IMG/VR virus record: IMGVR_UViG_3300011217_000001 | Coordinates: 64,001-128,000 of that record | Length of the DNA: 64,000 nucleotides | Origin: a virus | Taxonomy: Duplodnaviria; Caudoviricetes | Direction: 5' to 3' (one strand) | Part shown: positions 55,763 to 63,971 of the stretch, in pieces | Numbering within the stretch: the first letter of the stretch is position 1 | Layout: every line of letters begins with the position of its first letter | Notes under the pieces: generated by a model | What the model saw: only the letters and a program-made list of their open reading frames with translations | The model's database searches: none | What the model was told of the DNA's origin: nothing | Program-made: the position numbers and the translations under genes

Positions 55763-55780
55763 ATATCTCCTTAGGGTTCG

Positions 55781-56182
55781 TTATTCGAACTCCCCGTAGT
55801 AGTGGTACGGAAGGTTGTACTTCAAGGAAATCTCCTTGAAGATATCGTTGAGCAGATGGCGGTGGCAGAAGTGGCCGGGAGTGCAGTAGCAGGAAATCAC
55901 GTAGACGCACTTGCGCTCCATGATCTCTTTCCACTGCCGGCGCTTCTGATTCCAGCTGGCCACCATCATGCGACGGTAGTCGCGGGTGTAGTCAGCTTCG
56001 GTGTAGGTAACGTCCGTATACGGCAGGACGCCATCTTTCACCCCGCGCACCATGTCCCAGGTGGGGGCGAAGATACTGTAGATCGGTGGCGCGGAACGCA
56101 CCGAGGTATCCATCAGGATGAGGCCAGCCTCGTTGAGCCTGTACGAGCGATCACGAGAGATCTGGCCTGTCATGGTTTCCAT
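55781..56182 (-). CDS. DUF488-like protein
   Basis: APTWD.V...Y...Y and ISCYC..G.FCHRHLL motifs. Confidence 0.7.
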   Translation of the reverse strand: METMTGQISRDRSYRLNEAGLILMDTSVRSAPPIYSIFAPTWDMVRGVKDGVLPYTDVTYTEADYTRDYRRMMVASWNQKRRQWKEIMERKCVYVISCYCTPGHFCHRHLLNDIFKEISLKYNLPYHYYGEFE

Positions 56183-56191
56183 GAGACTCCC

Positions 56192-56623
56192 TTAGAATTG
56201 TGGATCGTAGTAGACGGTAAGGAACACACCTTTCTTGGTAAATGCGTCGAACTCGTAGGAGCATATCCTCGCATCGAATGGATCGATGTAAGGGCGCAGG
56301 CTATCAGTCACCTTCTCAAAGACCTCCAAGATGAGCTGATAGTTGCGCTCCACAATCTCTTCTGATTCTCGCTGGCCAGCATTCTCTCCGGGGTCTTCAT
56401 CGGAGTAGATGTAACTGATCAGTTGCTCGATTGTCAGATCTTCAATGGACGCAAAGTTCTTCTGCCAGTCGGAGTAGACCAGCCAGTACTTCAGGACGAT
56501 GTGGTAAATGATCTCCCAGTCGAGGTGAGCCTCGGCCAGGATCTTCACCAGACGTCGCCCCACTACAGCAGAGCCCGCAGGCTCTATGTAGAGTTTAGTC
56601 GAGGTCATCGAATTCCCGGACAT
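56192..56623 (-). CDS. Hypothetical acidic protein
   Basis: The ORF tiles the operon. Confidence 0.7.
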   Translation of the reverse strand: MSGNSMTSTKLYIEPAGSAVVGRRLVKILAEAHLDWEIIYHIVLKYWLVYSDWQKNFASIEDLTIEQLISYIYSDEDPGENAGQRESEEIVERNYQLILEVFEKVTDSLRPYIDPFDARICSYEFDAFTKKGVFLTVYYDPQF

Positions 56624-57026
56624 CGATAATCACCCTTCGCTCTTCAACAATCGGATCTACGTGGACAGGATCGCGATACTCGTCCTGTGCAAACGTATCC
56701 CGCATCAGTGGTCCCAGCACAGGCGCTACTTCGTCATAGACGCGTAGGAGCCCTTTGCACATCATCTCGGTAAGCTCATCACGCAGATGTTCGGAGGAGT
56801 TCACCAGATCCTGATCGTAGCGATCGAAGAAATACTCCTCCAGCCAATCGGCTACTTCGTTGTACAGTTCGTGCTCTGCGTCGTTCTCGTTCGCATAACG
56901 CAGCTCACGCCAGTTGTAGAAGTAGGCGTGAATGAACCAGTCCGGCTCGATGGAGTGCTCGTACAGACGGCGGATCGTTTCACGACCCACCGTAGCGACC
57001 AGATCAATCGGAACCGCCAGCTTCAT
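56595..57026 (-). CDS. Hypothetical acidic protein
   Basis: The ORF starts right after the upstream stop. Confidence 0.7.
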   Translation of the reverse strand: MKLAVPIDLVATVGRETIRRLYEHSIEPDWFIHAYFYNWRELRYANENDAEHELYNEVADWLEEYFFDRYDQDLVNSSEHLRDELTEMMCKGLLRVYDEVAPVLGPLMRDTFAQDEYRDPVHVDPIVEERRVIIDVREFDDLD

Positions 57027-57027
57027 G

Positions 57028-57477
57028 TCAGTTGGGATTTTCGATGATCATCGGGCCGTCCATCACGGCATCTTCCGGCTCGGCGCCGTCGTCCTTGATG
57101 AACAGGGCGAAGTACTTACCCGTCAGCTGACCGGACAGCAGGACGAAGTTGTTGAGCATCAGCGAGGTCTCGCGGATGTGCTTGTCGATCTCGTTCTTCA
57201 GTTCCTGCGCCATGTCCATCGGAGCGTAGTACAGCAGCACTGCCGGCCAGTTCAGGCGATTGCCCTTGACCAGCTTCGGATCGATCTTGACGAACCCACG
57301 ATGGGTCTGCAAACCGCCGATGGTGGAAGCGGTCTGTTCCTTATCCAGGGTCACATCGATGACTTCAGTCGGGCCCGGAGCATAGAACGGCTTCAGGGCA
57401 GCGGCTACGTCTTCCACGTCGAAGTGATCAATGTTTCCGTCCAGGGTGAAGACGGTGATGGTGCGAGTAATTGTCAC
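57028..57477 (-). CDS. Hypothetical protein, first gene of the operon
   Basis: GAGGAG RBS, GTG start, downstream of a putative early promoter. Confidence 0.75.
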   Translation of the reverse strand: MTITRTITVFTLDGNIDHFDVEDVAAALKPFYAPGPTEVIDVTLDKEQTASTIGGLQTHRGFVKIDPKLVKGNRLNWPAVLLYYAPMDMAQELKNEIDKHIRETSLMLNNFVLLSGQLTGKYFALFIKDDGAEPEDAVMDGPMIIENPN

Positions 57478-57540
57478 GGTGGTTCTCCTCTCTTAAAGAA
57501 TGATTCTGGTCTATCCAGATTAACGTAAAGGTTGACTCTG

Positions 57541-57563
57541 CTAGGTAATGTAGGTTTGAAAAG
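57541..57563 (-). promoter_or_regulatory. Putative early promoter
   Basis: The - strand reads CTTTTCAAACCTACATTACCTAG, with the same TTTCA-N-TA(C/T)ATxACCTAG layout as 47552 and 60112. Confidence 0.65.
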
Positions 57564-57573
57564 CCTTTAATGC

Positions 57574-57610
57574 GGCATAGAGGAGGGGCGCGATGCCCCT
57601 CCTCGTATGT
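57574..57610 (-). terminator. Hairpin after the CYTH gene (GGCATAG/TATG flanks)
   Basis: GAGGAGGGGC-gcgat-GCCCCTCCTC. Confidence 0.7.
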
Positions 57611-57612
57611 TG

Positions 57613-58992
57613 TTAACGACCCTTCAGCAGGGCGATGCGATCGCGTGCAGCTTCCATGCCCGCGTCGATGCGCGAGGACAGCTTCTTGACGAACTCCAGC
57701 GAGATCATGGTGTTGGGATCTTCGGTGGGGTAGGTCTTGGAGAGAGCGGTCTGCTCGGAGAGCGCGCGTGCTTCGTCCAGCAGCGGAGCAGTGCGTGCAT
57801 CGTCCATCATCTCGACAGGGGTCAGCACACCGATTTCACTGCCGAGTGCTTCCACGCGGTCAGCCATCTCCTGCATGTCCACCAGATAGCTCTCCACAGC
57901 CACCAGGTCATCCATGCGGTAGTTCTCGGTGTAGTACACCCGACCGGCTTCGGAGATGCGCCAGACGCCTTCCTGCTCGCCAGGTTCAACCAGACCACGG
58001 TTGCGCAGGTTCTCCAGCTCCTGGCAGATCTGCTCGTTGCCGTCGTTGACGATCATGTCGCCAGCGAACAGCTCGCTCAGGTGTGCCCGCTGGGCTTCGC
58101 TGATGTCACCCTCGACGTCGGCAGCGGCGACGGTGCCATCGGGGTCGGACCTGAAGGATTCGGTGGCAGGGGCGCCGTCTTCGGTTCCCTTGCCTTCGTC
58201 CTTCGAATCATCACCTTCAGCGGAACCTTCATCGCCACCCTCCGACTTGTCCTCGGTGTCCGGCTTCTCTTCGCCGGTCTGATCAGGCTTCCGCTCGCCT
58301 TCATCCGGGTTCGGGGTCTGGCTGCCATCTTCGCCTTCCGGCTCGGAGTCAGTACCGCCCTGGTTCGGCTTGCCCAGATCGCTGGCGCCGGCCAGGTACT
58401 GGTTGCCCAGGATGAAGACCGTGCGCATCAGCTCTTCGATCTTCTTGTGCTCTTCTTCCGTACGGTTCTTGTACTGGTTGACGATCACATCGGTGCAGGT
58501 GACCGGAAGCTTGGGCACGGCATCGACCGGCTCCTTGACTTCCATCTCGATCTTGCACCATTCCTCGAAGGTGCCGTCGGGCTTGACGTAAACGTCAACT
58601 TCCCAGACGTTCTGCGATTCGGGGATCTCGAAGATGTAGCGAACCTTGTTGCTGCCACCGGTGGCCAGCTTCTTGACGAACTCGAAGATGTCCTTGGTGA
58701 CTTCCAGTTCGACTTCGTCCTTGGCGTCCTCACCGGGAGTGATGACCTTGATGCACTGGACGTAACGCTCACCCTGGTAGCGGCGCACACGCACGCATCC
58801 CGGGTAGGGGTTCTTGTCACCGGCTTCGACACGGATCTCCCACTGCTCGTGGGTTTCCTTGCCTGCCGCCCGCTCCAGCTCGGTGAAGTCGGTCAGCTTG
58901 CCGTAGAAGACGTACTCCAGCTCTTTCTGAGCTGTGCCGTTTGCCTCTTCAGCCTCCATGGAGGCGAAAAGGTCGTGGAGACTGTTGGTCAT
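57613..58992 (-). CDS. CYTH/triphosphate-tunnel-like domain fused to an acidic linker and a winged-helix-like region; probable head protein
   Basis: Start moved to ATG 58992 (GAGG RBS). ELEY, QW, VRVR, E.E.E, KVRY, WEVD and KIEME motifs occur in CYTH order. ASME, ATE, AVE and SLE motifs are present. Confidence 0.7.
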   Translation of the reverse strand: MTNSLHDLFASMEAEEANGTAQKELEYVFYGKLTDFTELERAAGKETHEQWEIRVEAGDKNPYPGCVRVRRYQGERYVQCIKVITPGEDAKDEVELEVTKDIFEFVKKLATGGSNKVRYIFEIPESQNVWEVDVYVKPDGTFEEWCKIEMEVKEPVDAVPKLPVTCTDVIVNQYKNRTEEEHKKIEELMRTVFILGNQYLAGASDLGKPNQGGTDSEPEGEDGSQTPNPDEGERKPDQTGEEKPDTEDKSEGGDEGSAEGDDSKDEGKGTEDGAPATESFRSDPDGTVAAADVEGDISEAQRAHLSELFAGDMIVNDGNEQICQELENLRNRGLVEPGEQEGVWRISEAGRVYYTENYRMDDLVAVESYLVDMQEMADRVEALGSEIGVLTPVEMMDDARTAPLLDEARALSEQTALSKTYPTEDPNTMISLEFVKKLSSRIDAGMEAARDRIALLKGR

Positions 58993-59069
58993 GAAAGTGC
59001 CTCTGGGAGTGAGCAAAGCAGGCCTTTGCCCGCTATAGCATAGTCGTACTGGCAAAGAAAAAAGATCGA

Positions 59070-59098
59070 GGAGATTACCCTCCCCTTACAGGGAGGGC
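59070..59098 (-). terminator. Terminator hairpin
   Basis: CCCTCCC-cttaca-GGGAGGG immediately after the 59104 stop, with an A-rich tract nearby on the + strand. Confidence 0.55.
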
Positions 59099-59103
59099 GT
59101 TTA

Positions 59104-59556
59104 TTAAGGGGCTTCCTCGTAGTTGTAGATAGTCTGCAGCAGGTCGGCGGCGGCACAGACGAAGCAGCACTTGTTGAAGATACGTCCGGATGCAATCAGA
59201 CGCTTCACGTTGACAAATGCGTACACCACGCGACCTGTAGGATTGAGAGGATTGACTCGGAAGTTGAACAAGGCTACCAGAGTGAACAGCGTCCCATCGA
59301 AGGCAGGCGTCAGCAGGTTCTGGTTAGCCAGAAGCGGCTGCCACTGGATCATGTTGTCCGGGAACAGTTCGCCCGCCGGACCAAACTTCAGATCCTCCTT
59401 CAATTGCCTGCCCATCTCAGGAGGAAGGTACAGACACTCCTTCAACGGTACGGTTGCCTTCACCGAACCATGCATTTTCTTTACGTCCCCCGGATCTGTT
59501 ACGAACAAGAATGACCCGTCGTAACTCGTCTGTGGGGGAGCCATCGGTAGCTTCAT
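59104..59556 (-). CDS. Hypothetical protein
   Basis: GGAG RBS. Confidence 0.7.
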   Translation of the reverse strand: MKLPMAPPQTSYDGSFLFVTDPGDVKKMHGSVKATVPLKECLYLPPEMGRQLKEDLKFGPAGELFPDNMIQWQPLLANQNLLTPAFDGTLFTLVALFNFRVNPLNPTGRVVYAFVNVKRLIASGRIFNKCCFVCAAADLLQTIYNYEEAP

Positions 59557-59565
59557 GTGTCTCCA

Positions 59566-59901
59566 CTAGCCGCGCAAACGCGGCGCGATAACCAAGGTGT
59601 AGTAGTTGGGGTAATACTCCGACTCCACCCGGCGACGAATGGTGGTCTTGGTAACCCCGTAGTCGTCCGCTGCTTCCTCGAAGGATTCATAGCGTTGACG
59701 ACCGATCACAACTTTGTAACGACCCGGTACATGTGTCATCTCAAACGTACGGGCTTCTTCATCATCCGCCCACTGATAGTCACTGTACAGTGGGTCTTTG
59801 GAGTTGACGCGACGGCGAGCTTCTGCAACCGGGATGCGGTGTTGATTTGCCAGGGTGAGGCAGTTCAGATACAGCTTACCGCGATAGGTGACTTGACGCA
59901 T
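59566..59901 (-). CDS. Tandem NUMOD1-like HTH DNA-binding protein
   Basis: GGAG RBS. Two units: V.Y.GK.Y...T.A....I.....RRR..S and VVIG..YES..EAA...GV...TIRRR..S. Confidence 0.7.
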   Translation of the reverse strand: MRQVTYRGKLYLNCLTLANQHRIPVAEARRRVNSKDPLYSDYQWADDEEARTFEMTHVPGRYKVVIGRQRYESFEEAADDYGVTKTTIRRRVESEYYPNYYTLVIAPRLRG

Positions 59902-59915
59902 TCTTACATCTCCGT

Positions 59916-60083
59916 TTAGAACGCCTTGGAAATCTCGTTGGCAAAAGACGCCTGGCTGTTGCTGTATTCCACAGCAGCACCAGAGGACTTGTTGGCCTGC
60001 ATTTCAGCGTAGGCCGAGAAACCGACAGCAGACAGCATAAGGACGGCCAGCGCAAAGCCAGCCAGTTTGGTAATGATTTTCAT
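59916..60083 (-). CDS. Unannotated 55-aa protein with a Sec-type signal peptide
   Basis: Translated by hand as MKIITKLAGFALAVLMLSAVGFSAYAEMQANKSSGAAVEYSNSQASFANEISKAF. AGGGA RBS; first ORF after an early-type promoter. Confidence 0.75.
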   Translation of the reverse strand: MKIITKLAGFALAVLMLSAVGFSAYAEMQANKSSGAAVEYSNSQASFANEISKAF

Positions 60084-60111
60084 GGGAGCTTCCCTGCTAG
60101 AGTGAGTTAGA

Positions 60112-60146
60112 TGTACTACTTCATCTAGGTTATATAGAACTGAAAA
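60112..60146 (-). promoter_or_regulatory. Putative early promoter
   Basis: The - strand reads TTTTCAGTTCTATATAACCTAGATGAAGTAGTACA; 18 of 19 nt match 47552-47570. Confidence 0.65.
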
Positions 60147-60150
60147 TCAT

Positions 60151-60186
60151 TGGGATGAGGGGTTTTACCCCCTCTCCCATTATGTC
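60151..60186 (-). terminator. Hairpin after the ATP-grasp gene
   Basis: TGGGA(T)GAGGGG...CCCCTCTCCCA stem followed by TTATGTCG. Confidence 0.6.
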
Positions 60187-60188
60187 GC

Positions 60189-61316
60189 TTAGCCGCGTTC
60201 GGCCACTTCAATACCGACGGCCTGCATCGAAAGAGCGACGTCTGCAGGGGTCATGTAGTGCAGGCCCTCCTGACGGATGCCGAGCAGTCGTTCGATCTGT
60301 TCGCGCAGGAACGGCGCCATGATCTTCTGGTCAATGCCCTCGGTGCCGTACTGCGGACAGTACTCGAAGATGCCCCACTTGTGGTCAGCGGTGATGAACA
60401 GGTCCACCGAGTTCAGGGGGATCTTCAGCTCCTGAAGTACGGTGCTGACTTCGTTGAAGACCGTGCTCAGTTCGTACTGACCGGCAGGCTTGGCCTCGTC
60501 CAGGAACCAGGTAACGCCGGTGGCCTGCTTGTGATCGAAGTTGTTGCTGTCCTGATGCAGCGGCAGGGTATCGCGCTTTCGCTTGAACGTCAGAGCGATC
60601 TTCGACTCATGGTCCAGGATCAGACGATACTCGGCTACGACATTGGACACCTGCTCCTGTACGAAGAAGCCCTGTTCGGCCAGAGCGACCAGACCTTCGT
60701 CAATGTCGCCGTGACCGATGTGATACTCCACATGCGGTTTGAGCGATTCCAGACTGGTCAGGAAATCTTCCTTCTTGGCCGCGCCCTTGATCAGGACCAT
60801 CAGCGCCGCCGGGGTGACCTTGTCCATGTCAGCCACGATCTGCCCGATACCGCGAGCACCATCGATCGGCTTGACTACCACGCGACCATGGATCTCACTA
60901 CCGAAAGTGGAGTTGCGCTTGTCAGCGAACTGGGTGCTATAGATGCGTGGGCTGATGAAGTCCTTCACTTCCGGCAGACCACGAACAACGGCAGCCATGC
61001 GCAGCGTCATGGCAACCTTGCTCTCGCGCTTCATGTAGTGCACACCATCGGCGTACTCTTCCAGGTGCGCATTGTTGCGGCGTGTATCCGAATCAGTACC
61101 GCCGCCGCTGATGAACGTTGCTCCATCGGTGAGGATGGTCAGGTCGGAGTTCTTCACGACCATGTTGTTTTCGTCGATCACGTAACGGAAGTCGTTCGTG
61201 GCGACAATGCGCGTCTTGCCATCGGCCGCAATCCACTGCGGCGGAAGATGCTGATACTGGGTCAGCAGATGCGAGACGGCCACCACAAGGGTGCGTTCGA
61301 TTTTGGGATTGGTCAT
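60189..61316 (-). CDS. ATP-grasp ligase (RimK-like)
   Basis: VVVKPIDGARGIGQ, FFVQEQV, EYRL, SVDLF and IFEYCPQYG motifs. Confidence 0.8.
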   Translation of the reverse strand: MTNPKIERTLVVAVSHLLTQYQHLPPQWIAADGKTRIVATNDFRYVIDENNMVVKNSDLTILTDGATFISGGGTDSDTRRNNAHLEEYADGVHYMKRESKVAMTLRMAAVVRGLPEVKDFISPRIYSTQFADKRNSTFGSEIHGRVVVKPIDGARGIGQIVADMDKVTPAALMVLIKGAAKKEDFLTSLESLKPHVEYHIGHGDIDEGLVALAEQGFFVQEQVSNVVAEYRLILDHESKIALTFKRKRDTLPLHQDSNNFDHKQATGVTWFLDEAKPAGQYELSTVFNEVSTVLQELKIPLNSVDLFITADHKWGIFEYCPQYGTEGIDQKIMAPFLREQIERLLGIRQEGLHYMTPADVALSMQAVGIEVAERG

Positions 61317-61343
61317 TATCGTGGCAAAGAAAAAGGTTGAGTG

Positions 61344-61757
61344 TTACTTGTCCGCCGGAACGACGGTGGTGATGAAGTGCTGTCCATTGGCGAAATGGAT
61401 CATCACGAACACACACGTGCGCTTGCGCTTACCGCGCTCGCGGATACCGTAGACGCCGGTGGGGGTGAAGATCTGTGCGCTCGGCAGCTTCTGGCGGGGC
61501 AGGGTGGAAACGATCGACTGGTCGAGGTCGACACCCTGGACGCGATGGCCGACGATCTCTTCGAGCTTGGTCAGGGTGTCCTTGTCGCTGAGATGCATCT
61601 TCAGCCACGGGCGCACTGCGGAGTAGGTCGTCTTGTTGGACGGAGCGCCACGCAGGATCAGCCGGTTGATCTGCTCCGCCTGATCGTGGGTGAGGAGGCT
61701 GGGCTCCTTGACGACAGGACGCGCAGGCAGGTGAGTTGCAACACGGGAAAGAGCCAT
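61344..61757 (-). CDS. Hypothetical basic protein
   Basis: AAGGAG RBS. Confidence 0.75.
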   Translation of the reverse strand: MALSRVATHLPARPVVKEPSLLTHDQAEQINRLILRGAPSNKTTYSAVRPWLKMHLSDKDTLTKLEEIVGHRVQGVDLDQSIVSTLPRQKLPSAQIFTPTGVYGIRERGKRKRTCVFVMIHFANGQHFITTVVPADK

Positions 61758-61779
61758 GAATCTCCTTTCTAAGGTAGGG

Positions 61780-61803
61780 GAGGGGAGCCCGAAGGCTCCC
61801 CTC
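61780..61803 (-). terminator. Hairpin with a UUCG loop on the - strand
   Basis: GAGGGGAGC-cgaa-type stem (GAGGGGAGCCCGAAGGCTCCCCTC) just after the 61809 stop. Confidence 0.65.
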
Positions 61804-61808
61804 GTTTC

Positions 61809-63971
61809 TTACTTCTTCTTCGCAGCCTTCTTGGCTGCTACCGGCTTGCCCAACTTGGCCAGCTTGTTCGGCTTGGCTTCGGTCGTGGCAGTCTTCTCGT
61901 TGGTAGCACGCAGACGCACCCGGTAGGTCTTGCCACCTTCGGCCGCGACCAGGAACACGCGGGTCTTCGGCCATTCCGACGGTGCCGGAGTGATCAGCGA
62001 ACCCACGCCACGCGGGATGCGGCAGGACTTGCGCAGAGCAGCCGCCGTCAGCTTCTTGTCGCGCGGGTAGTTGTCGCCAACGTCCACGTCAACCTTGACG
62101 GTGCTGACGCTTTCCTTCGCTTTCGGCTTCTTCGGGTCATGGCGGAACAGGCCCATCTGCGGGTCGTACTTCTCCGGCAGGTGGAGGCGGCGGAAGCTGG
62201 CAACCACCGTTCCGTCCTTGGAGGTGTGGAAGGCCGCCATCATGTCTTCCTTGATGTAGACGGTAGCTTCTGCTGCGAGAGTACCTGCGGTGATCGAATC
62301 CCACATCTTGAAGGCATCGGACGGATTGCCAATATCGCCGGAGCCGATGTGGCTGTTGATGGTATCCATCGCCGACTTGACGTCGTTGTGGAAGTTCGCC
62401 ACGGCACGCTTGGCCGGACCAGCCGGGATCTGCTGGTAACTGGCCGACAGGACCGCCTGGGAAGCGCCGATGGTCACGCTGGCAGTCAGGATGCCTTCTT
62501 CAGCCTTCACCGACACAACCGGTTCAGGGATCTCGAAGGACAGCAGGCGCTGCTGCAGATCCGCCTGGCACGCCTCGATGATGCTTGCGAACGAGTCCGC
62601 ATCGAAGTTGGCCGAATCCTGACGGATGGCGGCCACGTAGCCGGCGATGTTGGTGGTCAGCTTGTTGATCAGGACGTGACTCGGGCCGCTGAGGAAATCG
62701 ACCTTCACCCCCTGACCCACGAGCACCACGCCATCGGGCTGCGGCATGTTCACTTCCTCGAAGAGGCCGCGGACATTGTCCAGCTGGTGGATGGTCGGAT
62801 CGAACGACAGGAGCACGCGTGCCGGAACATCGTTCTGATCACGTACCACAGCGCTGACACTGACAGCCAGGCCCTGTTCGGTGACCGTATAGATGTCGTT
62901 GTTGAACCACTGACCAGGGCGAGCGCCGTTGCCGACCTGCGCTTCCATCGCCACCTTCACCAGGTTGTGCCAGACCTGCTTGGTGAGCTTGGCCAGACGT
63001 ACCAGCGTGCTGTAAGGAGCGGCCGGCGGACGCTCGAAAGTGAGCACCTGACGCTCCTCGGCGAAGTAGACGTCCACCTGGATCTGCGTCGTACGGACGA
63101 CCACGTCGATCTTGATCAGACCTTCGCGACCGAAGCGGTTCTTGATCAGCTTGGCGAGCGTGTCGGAAATTGCGGCGCGGTCCAACGCCACTTCCACAGC
63201 AGTCTCCCTCGGGTCGATCGGATAGCTTTCCCGCAGGTCAGCCATGTACGCCTTGACGTCTTCCAGCACGCCTTCCCGGATATCTTCGCGCACCTTCGGC
63301 ACTTCGACCAGACCGACCTGATGACGAGCCATGTCGTTGGAGGCCGGCGTTTCCTGGTAGGCTTCCTGGTCACGCTCGTTGCGCATCATGCACACGATGT
63401 TTTCCGGACCGTACAGGATGTAGGTGCGCTCGAACGGCTCGGCGCTGAACAGGCCGAAGACGGTGATTTCGATCTTGGACACCCGGCCGCCCTTGCGCTC
63501 GATGTTCAGGCGCGGGTGCTTGTACTGGGTGAAGGTCGGGGTAACCAGCGAGGCCAGGTTGTTGTCAACCAGGTTTTCCAGTGCGTCGTCAGTGGAGGAC
63601 GTGGACAGCAGGCCGATGGCGCGGATCGAGGATTCGATCTTGCTCCAGAAGTCGCCACGGTCGCGGATGGGGTGATCGGAAGGCTCGCCGCTGATGACGG
63701 TGTCGCCGTCATGCTGCCAGTTCCAGTGACCTTCATCGAACAGCGGGCCATCGTAGAGCGAGTCGGTTACCACGACCGGCACGTTCTCCATGTTGGCCTG
63801 AGCCGTGGAGTAGTTGATCAGATCATCGCGGGAGGCCAGCATGACATCCATGCCGGAGCTCTGCAAGGCCGCTGCGATCAGGCGAGCCACGGAGGACTTG
63901 CCAGCGCCGGGTCGGCCAGTGATTTCCACGGTCAGAGGGTTCTTTTCGCGGGAGTACTTGATATTGGACAT
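61809..63971 (-). CDS. Multidomain protein with an N-terminal P-loop (Walker A) and a Lys/Ala-rich tail
   Basis: VEITGRPGAGKSSVA near the N-terminus; C-terminal KPVAAKKAAKKK. Confidence 0.75.
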   Translation of the reverse strand: MSNIKYSREKNPLTVEITGRPGAGKSSVARLIAAALQSSGMDVMLASRDDLINYSTAQANMENVPVVVTDSLYDGPLFDEGHWNWQHDGDTVISGEPSDHPIRDRGDFWSKIESSIRAIGLLSTSSTDDALENLVDNNLASLVTPTFTQYKHPRLNIERKGGRVSKIEITVFGLFSAEPFERTYILYGPENIVCMMRNERDQEAYQETPASNDMARHQVGLVEVPKVREDIREGVLEDVKAYMADLRESYPIDPRETAVEVALDRAAISDTLAKLIKNRFGREGLIKIDVVVRTTQIQVDVYFAEERQVLTFERPPAAPYSTLVRLAKLTKQVWHNLVKVAMEAQVGNGARPGQWFNNDIYTVTEQGLAVSVSAVVRDQNDVPARVLLSFDPTIHQLDNVRGLFEEVNMPQPDGVVLVGQGVKVDFLSGPSHVLINKLTTNIAGYVAAIRQDSANFDADSFASIIEACQADLQQRLLSFEIPEPVVSVKAEEGILTASVTIGASQAVLSASYQQIPAGPAKRAVANFHNDVKSAMDTINSHIGSGDIGNPSDAFKMWDSITAGTLAAEATVYIKEDMMAAFHTSKDGTVVASFRRLHLPEKYDPQMGLFRHDPKKPKAKESVSTVKVDVDVGDNYPRDKKLTAAALRKSCRIPRGVGSLITPAPSEWPKTRVFLVAAEGGKTYRVRLRATNEKTATTEAKPNKLAKLGKPVAAKKAAKKK

